Below are positions 1 through 8,955 of a DNA stretch of 64,000 bases, one piece after another. The DNA comes from Leptolyngbyaceae cyanobacterium. GTDB lineage: Bacteria > Cyanobacteriota > Cyanobacteriia > Phormidesmidales > Phormidesmidaceae. The stretch covers positions 38,077 through 102,076 of the forward strand of contig CBDHHL010000045.1 in assembly GCA_965263355.1 (NCBI GenBank), in the 5' to 3' direction. The translations under genes and the position numbers were made by a program. Each line of letters starts with the position of its first letter. The first letter of the stretch is position 1. A model generated the notes under the pieces. The model saw only the letters and a list, made by a program, of their open reading frames with translations. It was not told the origin of the DNA and ran no database searches.

Positions 1-1132
1 AGTACGTCCGCTGGTTGCCGTCATTGCGACGACGGGACAAAGCAATGCTGTTGCCATAGCCCGACAGTGAATCTTCAGGATGGGGAGCACCTGACAGTAG
101 GTCAGTTGTGATGTCTGCGATATTCGAATACGAATTTGTATTTAAATCATATTCGAACATTTCAAATCTGTACTTAGAGTTGCCGCTAGTGGCAATTCTG
201 GACACAGATGCAAAATCGTTCGCTTGACCGTCAGAATCAAAATCACCTTGAATGATGGCCATGAACGTGCCAGGGCCATTAAAATACTTGCCTGGAATCG
301 TCGAAATGCGCTCAACATTGTAGTTGTCGTCAACTACAACCAAGTACTTATCAGATTCAGAAAAAAGGTAAAAGTCGTTGCCGACAAACCCGATCGCATC
401 AAGGTCAATCGAATTCACTTCCCTGCCGTTCTTTCGAAGGACAGTTCCTAGTGATTGCGTAGTGTCTGAATTTGCAATCCACTTATTACTGGCGACTCCT
501 AATTCGTGATACGTCAAACTACCAGAACTAGGGGTCCAGGTCGCGATCAGGTCATTAAACTCACCTCCAAAACCCTTAATCTGGGTATCCGAGGATAGCG
601 CACCATTAAAGAAAGCCGCGATACTACCATGGCCGATATCATTGACAACGTAAACGCCGTCAGTAAGACCCCCAGTGGGCTGTGGCAGAACTACATCTTC
701 AAGGATTTGAGCGAAAAGAATATTGTCTTTTCTAAAAAAGATGGTTTCGCCAAACGCTGATTCGTTAAGATCCCCATGGCCAATAATCTGATCATGAGTC
801 GGCGTTCCAAACGAAAGTTCAGACACTAACGGGGGTGGAAAGTTTGCAAGCTCTTCCCAATGCCTTGGCAGGCTGGGCGTTGCATCATGAGTTGATGTGC
901 TAGCCACTCCACCAGGGCCGGTGTAAGTAATGGTCTCACCAGCTGCCATGTTAGAGCCGTCTGGCTTCAATACTTGACCATTTTGGATAGTTCCGTCAGG
1001 GCATAAGTCACCCAACACTTGAACCCCTGAGTTTGGCCCAGTCAGTGTAAATGAATCACAAACCTGACTCACTGCAACCGGAGCACCTAGGCTTAATAAA
1101 GCGATCGCGCTTAAAAAATATCTCTTTTTCAT
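1..1132 (-). CDS. secreted/exported hypothetical protein, partial (runs off window start)
   Basis: ATG at 1132 opens MKKRYFLSAIALLSLGAPVAVSQ (signal-peptide-like). The frame appears open to the window edge and is absent from the ORF track. Confidence 0.7.
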   Translation of the reverse strand, partial: MKKRYFLSAIALLSLGAPVAVSQVCDSFTLTGPNSGVQVLGDLCPDGTIQNGQVLKPDGSNMAAGETITYTGPGGVASTSTHDATPSLPRHWEELANFPPPLVSELSFGTPTHDQIIGHGDLNESAFGETIFFRKDNILFAQILEDVVLPQPTGGLTDGVYVVNDIGHGSIAAFFNGALSSDTQIKGFGGEFNDLIATWTPSSGSLTYHELGVASNKWIANSDTTQSLGTVLRKNGREVNSIDLDAIGFVGNDFYLFSESDKYLVVVDDNYNVERISTIPGKYFNGPGTFMAIIQGDFDSDGQANDFASVSRIATSGNSKYRFEMFEYDLNTNSYSNIADITTDLLSGAPHPEDSLSGYGNSIALSRRRNDGNQRTY

Positions 1133-1140
1133 GGTTCCAC

Positions 1141-1635
1141 CTACGAACACTTATTTTTTGCTTTGGGCAATTGGCCTAACTCATGGCATTTTTCGACAAC
1201 ACCACCGACATAGCCAAATGGAGTTAGGGGGATATCTTGATAAGTCGTTGGGAATCCAAGATCATCGCGGCCAATGCCAGATATACGAGAATAAACAAGC
1301 TCTGCTTCCTGTGCTCTATCTAGCGGTTCGTCACCTTCGAGGGGAATATCTAAGCTGACATAGTTACGACGGAAAAATACAGTTGAACTTTCGTCCCCAA
1401 TTGAAATATTTACAGGGGGGTCATCAAAGAATTTGAAATTTACAATTGCTTCTGCACGGGCAATGTGGCCCAGTGGATAGTCGGTTCTGATCTCCAAAGA
1501 CCCAACGGTATCAAACCCGACATAGTAACAATCGAAGGTAGCCGTAGCTTGTGTTATTACTGCAGCTCTGGCGTTTGATGCGGCATACGCAATGCCTAAG
1601 CAGGCTAACGGAATAAGTGAAAGAAATTTCTTCAT
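1141..1635 (-). CDS. secreted hypothetical protein
   Basis: N-terminal MKKFLSLIPLACLGIAYAASNARA signal peptide; operonic with neighbours. Confidence 0.7.
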   Translation of the reverse strand: MKKFLSLIPLACLGIAYAASNARAAVITQATATFDCYYVGFDTVGSLEIRTDYPLGHIARAEAIVNFKFFDDPPVNISIGDESSTVFFRRNYVSLDIPLEGDEPLDRAQEAELVYSRISGIGRDDLGFPTTYQDIPLTPFGYVGGVVEKCHELGQLPKAKNKCS

Positions 1636-1746
1636 GCTCTTAAAAGAGAGACAACATTCAGGAGTAGCGAACCATTCTAATTATGGCAAAAAAAAGCTTG
1701 CTACTCATAAGAGTAGCAAGCCATGATCTAGACTCCCTGGCAAATC

Positions 1747-3006
1747 TTATGAAATATCTTCTTTTAGTCCTGAGATTTCGACATTACGCGGTTCCTCAGC
1801 CATTCCTGAGTCTGCGTTTTCATCGTTCCCAGCTGTTCGACTACGATCGCTGTTACTGCCATAAACACCAAGCCCAGTAGTCCATTCAACAACAGCAGCA
1901 GTCGCATCTCCTGCGGTTTCGGCTGCATAGTTTGGTGGGTCTGGTTGGTCTGAGTCTGCATGGTTAATAATCCCTAAACGACCTAAGCCATATTGAAAGT
2001 ACTTGCTTCCTGTGATTAGAACGAACAATCCAGCTAATAAAAAAACCGTAAAACCTAAAATGCTGGCAACTGTTCTGCCTAGTTCAAGTGCTGCAACGGC
2101 GATAGACTGGATAATTTTAATCGTTGCACCGAAAGCAGCTTGAACATATAGCCAAGCTAACAATGGCAGTTCTTTCCAATCAAATCCTGGTTCACTCTTT
2201 TGTTCACTTGGTTTTTGCTTAAAGTCTTCAAGAATATCTCGAAGCTCACCGAACATATTTTCAAGGTTGCCAATACGCTGGTTGGTGGAGTAACCCCCAC
2301 CGTAATTTTTCGTTTTGCCCATGTTCTTACCTTCTAGTTTGAACTCGATCCATCGATGATCCGATGGATTCTCGGCCTTGTTACACGGGATATCGCTGGT
2401 TTGTGCAGTCCCCTGCAACCCACGCACAAAAACTAGATCCAATAACGATCTATGCCGGGAACAATGCGTGGGTTGCTCTCTATTTTGGGGACGGATCCAA
2501 TCAATATCCCCTCCAACAAGCTTGTAAAAAGCAGGATCACGACTGCCGCCTTCCCTGCTCTCAATATCTAAATTAAAATCACCAATTGCAACCACTCGCG
2601 GCTTAGTCAGCATCCAATTTCTAAGCCTGACCGCTTCACAAGCCCTTGCCATTCGATTGCGACGACGCAAATGAACAACAACTATCCAGAAGTCGTCTCC
2701 AGCTTCAGGCTTTAAGTGCAGTGCAATACTGGCCCTGCCTTTACCGTCGCAGTTAACGTTATTGAGTTCTTGATGCTCTAAAACTTTAATTGTGTCGGCA
2801 ACATATATCGCCAGTGTTTGGCCACCACACGGCTGGGTAAATGCTTCATAGTGCCTGCCGGAAAGCTTATAGAGTTCTTCGAGCCAACTTATATCTTCGC
2901 CTGCTTGGACTTCGGCAAAAGCGTATATATCTTTGCCGGGTGGGAGATGGGGCACGATCTCACTCGCGCTTTTCATAAACCCATTCCAGAAAACTACTGA
3001 TTGCAT
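1747..3006 (-). CDS. endonuclease/exonuclease/phosphatase (EEP) domain protein with C-terminal membrane region
   Basis: EEP motifs FWN, AEVQ, VVHL, GDFN, LDLVF, SDH. Possible internal start MGKTKNY at 2322 precedes the hydrophobic part. Confidence 0.75.
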   Translation of the reverse strand: MQSVVFWNGFMKSASEIVPHLPPGKDIYAFAEVQAGEDISWLEELYKLSGRHYEAFTQPCGGQTLAIYVADTIKVLEHQELNNVNCDGKGRASIALHLKPEAGDDFWIVVVHLRRRNRMARACEAVRLRNWMLTKPRVVAIGDFNLDIESREGGSRDPAFYKLVGGDIDWIRPQNREQPTHCSRHRSLLDLVFVRGLQGTAQTSDIPCNKAENPSDHRWIEFKLEGKNMGKTKNYGGGYSTNQRIGNLENMFGELRDILEDFKQKPSEQKSEPGFDWKELPLLAWLYVQAAFGATIKIIQSIAVAALELGRTVASILGFTVFLLAGLFVLITGSKYFQYGLGRLGIINHADSDQPDPPNYAAETAGDATAAVVEWTTGLGVYGSNSDRSRTAGNDENADSGMAEEPRNVEISGLKEDIS

Positions 3007-3302
3007 CCAAATAGTAATTGACGGCGTTGCTTGGATATTAGCCTAGTTTTTTGATTTTGGCACGGGTAATGATTGTCAAGCAAAATACAAATCCGGATGT
3101 TGCTGCCAAAATTGTGAATAGTTTTTCAGAATAGTTACTGAATTTCCTAATGCCACAGGCAACCGTAAAAAGTAGCCTGCATCGCCATCGGATAATCAGG
3201 CAATGCAGGCTATTCAGAAAAGACTTATTTTGGTTTGTCGGCAGTGGTGGCGACTGGCTTTGTATACGGTCGGACGGCGCGATCGTGGGCGGTTGCTGTG
3301 AA

Positions 3303-3545
3303 TTATTTGTTTTTGTTGATTTGCGCATTGAATAAAGCAAGCATCACTTCATGAACCTGTTGATCTTTTTCTGTGGTGCGTTCTGCAAAGTCGCGATTGT
3401 CCATTCTGTAGACGATTCTTTCAGCAGCATCACGGCATTCAGCCATGAGCTTAATTGAATTCGAATTCAAGAAAATAGGTGTCATTATCTCATCTCCCGA
3501 ATAAAATTTCTTGAGGCCAGTATCCATCTTTAAGCATATGCACAC
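3303..3545 (-). CDS. small hypothetical protein (true start probably MTPIFL)
   Basis: ORF in a co-oriented run. Confidence 0.45.
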   Translation of the reverse strand: MCICLKMDTGLKKFYSGDEIMTPIFLNSNSIKLMAECRDAAERIVYRMDNRDFAERTTEKDQQVHEVMLALFNAQINKNK

Positions 3546-3930
3546 AATCCGCTATCACACATCCAGCCAAGACAGGCAATGCAATTAACAGGCCAGGTTT
3601 GCAAATTAGAAAGAAAACCCAGCCACTAACAATCAATCTGATAATTGTTCCAGGAATAATTGAATGGCTAAACCTTGAACGATGTGCAACGGCTAGCGCG
3701 TAACTCTTCCACCACCACACCCAAAAACGACGATACCAACGGCCTTTTTTAAGACTTCTAGAGTTTACATCATTGTCGCATGTTCCCCATAGTTCCCACA
3801 GTGGGATAGTTGCGGCAGTCACAAAGAATTGCCAAGGCAAGTTTAGAACGATTGCTCCTCCAGTCAATCCGCAACCGACAGAGATCGCGGCTGTAACATG
3901 GCCAGTGCGGTTAGAGTTAAATATTTTCAT
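3490..3930 (-). CDS. DUF2227-like membrane metal-binding protein
   Basis: GH near N-terminus, D-x-D, HRSRFSH, GTIIRL, DCVH motifs with hydrophobic segments. Confidence 0.7.
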   Translation of the reverse strand: MKIFNSNRTGHVTAAISVGCGLTGGAIVLNLPWQFFVTAATIPLWELWGTCDNDVNSRSLKKGRWYRRFWVWWWKSYALAVAHRSRFSHSIIPGTIIRLIVSGWVFFLICKPGLLIALPVLAGCVIADCVHMLKDGYWPQEILFGR

Positions 3931-4319
3931 AGCGAAGGTTCTACCGTTGGTAAGTGTGAAATGTCTTCATCTTTAATGGCATCAATGGGATCAGAAATAG
4001 CCTGAATGATTTCCCAGTAAAGCTTTCTTCGTGCTTGCTCTGGGCTGATAGCCTCCCCTGTTTCGTCGGCCATTAACTGTTGCATTGCTTTGATTTCATT
4101 GACAAAGATTTGTTTATCAATGAAAGTTTTTTGACTGCTAGAGCTAATAAACAGAGTTAGCCAGAGATCGCTCTGTTGGCTAGTTAATTCATTTTTGATG
4201 CTCGTCACCCAGGATATGTCATCTGTTTTTAATGGCGCGTTAGCAATGACATCTACCACGTGGCGATTGTTATCTGAGTCGTAACCTTGAACCTTAAAGT
4301 GCTTCATGATCAACAACAA
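3927..4319 (-). CDS. hypothetical protein
   Basis: 130-aa ORF, 4-nt overlap with the downstream gene. Confidence 0.6.
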   Translation of the reverse strand: MLLIMKHFKVQGYDSDNNRHVVDVIANAPLKTDDISWVTSIKNELTSQQSDLWLTLFISSSSQKTFIDKQIFVNEIKAMQQLMADETGEAISPEQARRKLYWEIIQAISDPIDAIKDEDISHLPTVEPSL

Positions 4320-4512
4320 TCTCCTCTAAAGTTTCCAATCGTTTGGTGTGATTTTTAAGGATGTTCACTTGTTTATTTAGTTCATCTACTTGTTCTTGCA
4401 AGAAAGCAATTTTTTTATTTTGCCTTCTACTAGCGCCAGAAGTAAAGATATTTTCTATCGCCATGATAGCTATGGCTATCAAAACAAATAACAAAAAGTC
4501 CATTTTAATCAT
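4294..4512 (-). CDS. small single-TM coiled-coil protein
   Basis: N-terminal hydrophobic helix, then heptad pattern LQEQVDELNKQV..RLETLEEIV. Confidence 0.6.
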   Translation of the reverse strand: MIKMDFLLFVLIAIAIMAIENIFTSGASRRQNKKIAFLQEQVDELNKQVNILKNHTKRLETLEEIVVDHEAL

Positions 4513-4672
4513 CGCCTCGCATACGTCGCATTAACTCAATCTGATCTCGCTTATCCATCCCCATGGGCTTATTGCCTTGACCGCCATTATTGCGACCGCC
4601 TGGGCCATCAGGGAAAAATGTCCACAAAAGCCCTCCAATCACAACGCCAATAACAAAATTTTCAGGAGTCAT
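4505..4672 (-). CDS. small single-TM protein (55 aa, below ORF-track cutoff)
   Basis: MTPENFVIGVVIGGLLWTFF...RMRGDD*; overlaps the next start. Confidence 0.55.
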   Translation of the reverse strand: MTPENFVIGVVIGGLLWTFFPDGPGGRNNGGQGNKPMGMDKRDQIELMRRMRGDD

Positions 4673-4779
4673 CTTATTTCACCAAAAAAATAATAACAGC
4701 AATTACAAAAGCGCCAACAAAAGCTATCAAACAAAACGCCAAAAAATAGACGTATGACAGTAATAAGAATATCTGTGGT

Positions 4780-6420
4780 TCATCTGGCGACTCCAAATAG
4801 CGGTTCATCTGGTGGCCAGATATTAATGCTTTGGCCACGTTCTTCAATCTTTAATAGATTAAGTTTGCCAGCTTTTTTGGTTAGGATCTTCGCAGTCTCA
4901 CGACCTTTAGCCCTGATATCTTCATCATGGCTATTTAGCTTTAGATACTTTTTCAGCTCATAACAGTTAGCTAGCAGCTGGGCCAACGTTGTTTTATTAA
5001 GCTGCTTGTCGCTTAAATACTTTACTACTACATAGGCGAATCGTTCAGTATTCTCACAAATCTCTTTTTCTTCTAAGTCAATCTCGTCTTTGCTGGGATG
5101 CGCAATGGTTGTGGCCCCTTCCCAAAGGGCGGTTAACTGTTGTCTAGCTGAGTCAATGGAGTTATCAGCGACGGGAACCGCTGCAACTGTTTGATAAGAC
5201 CGTGGTTCGACTTGCCCCTGTAATTCAGGAAAGTATGTAAGCACCGAGCGCACATAGCACGGCAAGCCTTCATCATTAAGCTCAAATTGCAACCAATCGG
5301 GCAAGGTTAAAGTGTCTTTTGAATCGGCAAGCTTGTCTGAGTCCATTTCTAAGTATGTATATTGCCCGCTGGGGTAACGACCTCCATGGGCTAATTTACG
5401 CCGTTCGCTGACGGTTACAGTTTCAGACATACGTTTAGCTCTTAAAATAGTTGCCTCCTGCTTGGCTTGCTCATTGAAGCCGTTAGGAACGCCCATGGCT
5501 GACAGAGTTTTTCCGTGGATAACTAACCGGGCATGTGCTCTGGTCTTAACGAACCCAGTTAATAATTGATTCCATAATGGTTGAGTAACTGTTTCGCGGT
5601 CTTGCTTAGTTAGCTCATCAAACAGCCAGGACTGATCAGATGCCTTGCCTTTTGTTAGCTGTGAAACCGCCTTCACTTCATCCTGATAGCCTTCAACCGA
5701 ATCTACAACAGATGCAAATTTAAACGGATAAACATCGCTGTCCGTAGTCGCATAGTGAACTTTTTTGTCCAGCAACGCAGTCTCAAAAATCGACAAGATA
5801 ACTAACAGTGTCGACTTTCCAGACTGCTGTTCGCCAGTGACCGCCACAATTGGATCATGCAATAAGCCTCTCAGGTCGCATCCAGACAATGCTAGTGATT
5901 CTAATAAGCTTTCAGCCCTTTCAGTCATGGGAAGTTGCAATAACTCACTAACATTAGGGGCTCTAAACTTAGCCTGAGCTGCCTGGTCGTTTGCTTTATC
6001 CTCAGGAGATGCGTATACATCCCCTTCATACTTCCCTAAGTTTTTTTTAACCCATGGGTTAGCAACGAATTGTGGCTCTGTTTCTACTGCGGATTGCGGT
6101 TCTGTCTTCAGTTTCTCAAATTTACTTATCAGAGTTTCCTCTTCTTGCTCAATGATCTCCTGAGCTAACTCATGCTTTTCTTTCTTGGCATCATTATCGG
6201 CTTGCTTTTTAGATGTTGCTTTAACATCTCGATAGCCTAAATAGGCCAACGCAATCAACGATATAAACCCGAAAGGTTGCAGATATAGGAATGAGCCAAT
6301 AGCCAAAGACGCCCATGTGCCCATCAATACCGTGTCGTCTTTGATTACATTCCCCAAGGTTGGGGAGTTTAAGTCATCTTCAAACTGAATAGAGTCCTTG
6401 AACTTGACGATCTCGCTCAT
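4780..6420 (-). CDS. membrane-anchored P-loop ATPase (FtsK/HerA/VirD4-like)
   Basis: N-terminal TM pair, Walker A GEQQSGKS, Walker B WLFDE. Confidence 0.65.
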   Translation of the reverse strand: MSEIVKFKDSIQFEDDLNSPTLGNVIKDDTVLMGTWASLAIGSFLYLQPFGFISLIALAYLGYRDVKATSKKQADNDAKKEKHELAQEIIEQEEETLISKFEKLKTEPQSAVETEPQFVANPWVKKNLGKYEGDVYASPEDKANDQAAQAKFRAPNVSELLQLPMTERAESLLESLALSGCDLRGLLHDPIVAVTGEQQSGKSTLLVILSIFETALLDKKVHYATTDSDVYPFKFASVVDSVEGYQDEVKAVSQLTKGKASDQSWLFDELTKQDRETVTQPLWNQLLTGFVKTRAHARLVIHGKTLSAMGVPNGFNEQAKQEATILRAKRMSETVTVSERRKLAHGGRYPSGQYTYLEMDSDKLADSKDTLTLPDWLQFELNDEGLPCYVRSVLTYFPELQGQVEPRSYQTVAAVPVADNSIDSARQQLTALWEGATTIAHPSKDEIDLEEKEICENTERFAYVVVKYLSDKQLNKTTLAQLLANCYELKKYLKLNSHDEDIRAKGRETAKILTKKAGKLNLLKIEERGQSINIWPPDEPLFGVAR

Positions 6421-7106
6421 GATGCTGCTGCCCCCGTAACCCGTGTAACCCGTACAGCTACAGCAGCCTTAAGTAAGAAGTGAATAGTTAGTTCGACAGC
6501 GGCCATTGTTGCGATCGCCCAAAAGAAATTCGGCCAACTCCAAAGGCCAGGGTCTAGGAAAAACCCATTCGTTAAATCACTTAATAGCCGACTAAAATCA
6601 CCACCAGCGTATGGAGGATACTTAATGAAACACGCGATCGCTTCGATCAAGTAAGCTGCAATCCGATAATTCCTAAGTTCTTTCAGCCACTCACGGTTTG
6701 TCCCTGCAATGCTGTGCTTGCAAATTAATGGGGCAGCTTGAACAACTTGAATCCAGCTCCAAAAAATGAATCCAACCAGTTCGGCAATTGCAGAAATTAA
6801 AGTGTTTGGGTTTAGCAAAAGAACTAAACCACACATTGCAGCCCAGACCGCCAACCAAGGCTTTTTCTTGCATTGTTGAAAGGTAATAAAGAAAAAGACG
6901 AACGCGAGCACCTTGCCAGCCTTCCCGCCAACCAGCCAATCAGCAAGCCTAATTAGAAGATTTTTATTAATCATTGCTGTAAAGTCAGCCCCTAGCGCAA
7001 ACCATGGCTCTAGGTTCATCCATATAACGACCAGTAGTACAGCTGAAGCTAATGACCAAAAAACAATAGTTACGATGTCACTTGCTTGTCGTGAATTTTT
7101 TTTCAT
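6417..7106 (-). CDS. multi-pass membrane protein
   Basis: Several hydrophobic segments; 4-nt overlap with the ATPase gene. Confidence 0.7.
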   Translation of the reverse strand: MKKNSRQASDIVTIVFWSLASAVLLVVIWMNLEPWFALGADFTAMINKNLLIRLADWLVGGKAGKVLAFVFFFITFQQCKKKPWLAVWAAMCGLVLLLNPNTLISAIAELVGFIFWSWIQVVQAAPLICKHSIAGTNREWLKELRNYRIAAYLIEAIACFIKYPPYAGGDFSRLLSDLTNGFFLDPGLWSWPNFFWAIATMAAVELTIHFLLKAAVAVRVTRVTGAAAS

Positions 7107-7108
7107 CT

Positions 7109-7564
7109 TTAATGCGCTCCAGGTTGTTTAGAAAAATAATCGTTATACAAATCAACGTCATCTGGCGCAATTCGTTTTACTTGCGATACGCGACCGCCCC
7201 AGATTTCTGCTGTATCCCCTAGTTTTGTGCAAATCAGCGAACCGTCCCCTAAAGGGATGGTGCTATCTCGTGAGGCAATTACCTCAACCCCTTCAGCTAG
7301 ATGAGTTTGCTTAAAAGTTGACTTGGCCACCACTGGCACACAACCAGCTTTCACCCTAGTTAATGCAATTTTTGAGTCTTGCCTAGCTTGAGTAGCGTGC
7401 ATTGCGGCTTGTCTGTCTTGCCTAGCCTGAATTTTTCGCTGCTCTCTAATTTCAGACGCATTATTCCAGTTCTCTGAAATTTCTTGAGAACTTAACGCAG
7501 CAGGTAGGCCCACTCCGAGCAGTAATAATATCCAAGATGTTTTTACCACCATTTTTTTCACCAA
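7109..7564 (-). CDS. membrane-anchored/exported hypothetical protein
   Basis: N-terminal hydrophobic segment, coiled coil, two Cys. Confidence 0.65.
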   Translation of the reverse strand: MVKKMVVKTSWILLLLGVGLPAALSSQEISENWNNASEIREQRKIQARQDRQAAMHATQARQDSKIALTRVKAGCVPVVAKSTFKQTHLAEGVEVIASRDSTIPLGDGSLICTKLGDTAEIWGGRVSQVKRIAPDDVDLYNDYFSKQPGAH

Positions 7565-7667
7565 AAATAAGCTGTCTTAGATATCTTGGATTTCTCTTAG
7601 ACAGCCAGACATACTGGAAATAAAGGTGTCTAGCTGTCTAAGGCATCTTGGATATCTTGGATATTGT

Positions 7668-8111
7668 CTAAGCTCCTGGCAACGATTTTTGAACCATTTG
7701 AGCAGGACTTAAAAACAGATTTTTGCTGCGTGCTAGTTGATCAGGGCTGGACTTGCGCCAACGGCTTTGCTCAGTCAGCGCCATAAATGCTTGACCAACT
7801 TGCTGTGCATACTGATCAGGCTCATCAATCCGGTCTGTAGCGCCCATCTCAACGACTTCAGCACATACCTTATCCAAAATGCGAGCACCCATCTGAGCCC
7901 TGTTGTGGACAATCGCGCTAGCTGCTGCATCTTCAACCTGCTCCTGGGCTGTAATCACTTGCTGGACAAGGGATAGAGCTTCATTGCCCATGGAACCCTG
8001 AATAGCCAAGGCCATATCAGAAGCGTTGACTGTTTCGGTAGACGACGGTGCAGATTTGGGGGCAAAACCCTTGCCTTGACTGTCTTCTGTGGTTTTATCT
8101 TTGATAGCCAT
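7668..8111 (-). CDS. hypothetical helical protein
   Basis: AAGGAG Shine-Dalgarno upstream; Ala/Gln-rich helical sequence. Confidence 0.65.
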   Translation of the reverse strand: MAIKDKTTEDSQGKGFAPKSAPSSTETVNASDMALAIQGSMGNEALSLVQQVITAQEQVEDAAASAIVHNRAQMGARILDKVCAEVVEMGATDRIDEPDQYAQQVGQAFMALTEQSRWRKSSPDQLARSKNLFLSPAQMVQKSLPGA

Positions 8112-8134
8112 CTGTAGAGTCTCCTTTTAGGAAA

Positions 8135-8467
8135 TTAACTAACCATTGCGGGCGTAAATTCGCCCTTTTTCCAAAGTAAATATTGCTTCAGAGTGCATCC
8201 CGTCTTGGCCCTGAAATCCAGGTATCCCAACAGGTGCAGCACTTCCTCTCGTCCATAACATCCATCGTCATCAACCTCAATGCCGAGGCGATAACGCCAA
8301 GAGTTGAACGTGTCACGGCATACACGGCGGCCAACCACTTCAGACACAGTTACTCTGAATTGCCTAGGCGTATAGCGTTCTTCGCTAAACAACCCTGGCT
8401 CCTCCAAAACCTCTGCGTCACATGCTTGAACCGACATAACCACAAACCTTGCACAACCCCTGCACAA
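8135..8467 (-). CDS. putative MerR/excisionase-like HTH DNA-binding protein
   Basis: VCRDTFNSWRYRLGI...YGREEV pattern; first gene of the operon. Confidence 0.5.
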   Translation of the reverse strand: MCRGCARFVVMSVQACDAEVLEEPGLFSEERYTPRQFRVTVSEVVGRRVCRDTFNSWRYRLGIEVDDDGCYGREEVLHLLGYLDFRAKTGCTLKQYLLWKKGEFTPAMVS

Positions 8468-8608
8468 GTTCTGAACAAGTGCAACTAAAGTATAATCATT
8501 GTACGCCCCTATGACAACCCCATGGGGATACGTTGGCCCCCCTTCATCAACCCTGTGGTATCCTTTGAATAATTTGCTACTCTAAAGCTGTAACTTATTG
8601 GTTTAGCG

Positions 8609-8920
8609 ATGGCAGATACAGCAAAGCGTTCCGTCACTCTTATGGCATCTACCTGGAAAGAAATAGATGACTTGGCTGACGCTAACGACGAAATATCGCC
8701 AGCTGAATTAATTAGACAAATAATTCTTAGGGGGTTAAGAATCTATAAATCTGAAATTGCGAAGGGATTAGAGCTAAAAAACAAACAATTAGTTCAGCAA
8801 AAGCTTATTCAACGTCAAGGGGCGATGGCTGAAGCACTAGAAGTGATAAAGGAAAAGGTTGGTGATAATGCTGAAATCTCTCAAGCGATCGCCGCAATAG
8901 AAAAAGGGTTGCGTGATTAA
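8609..8920 (+). CDS. ribbon-helix-helix (CopG-like) regulator
   Basis: KRSVTL beta strand, then WKEIDDLA and SPAELIRQII helices; divergent from the ATPase operon. Confidence 0.65.
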   Translation: MADTAKRSVTLMASTWKEIDDLADANDEISPAELIRQIILRGLRIYKSEIAKGLELKNKQLVQQKLIQRQGAMAEALEVIKEKVGDNAEISQAIAAIEKGLRD

Positions 8921-8955
8921 TTTTTTAGGATGGAGAGTATAGCCATAACAATGCC

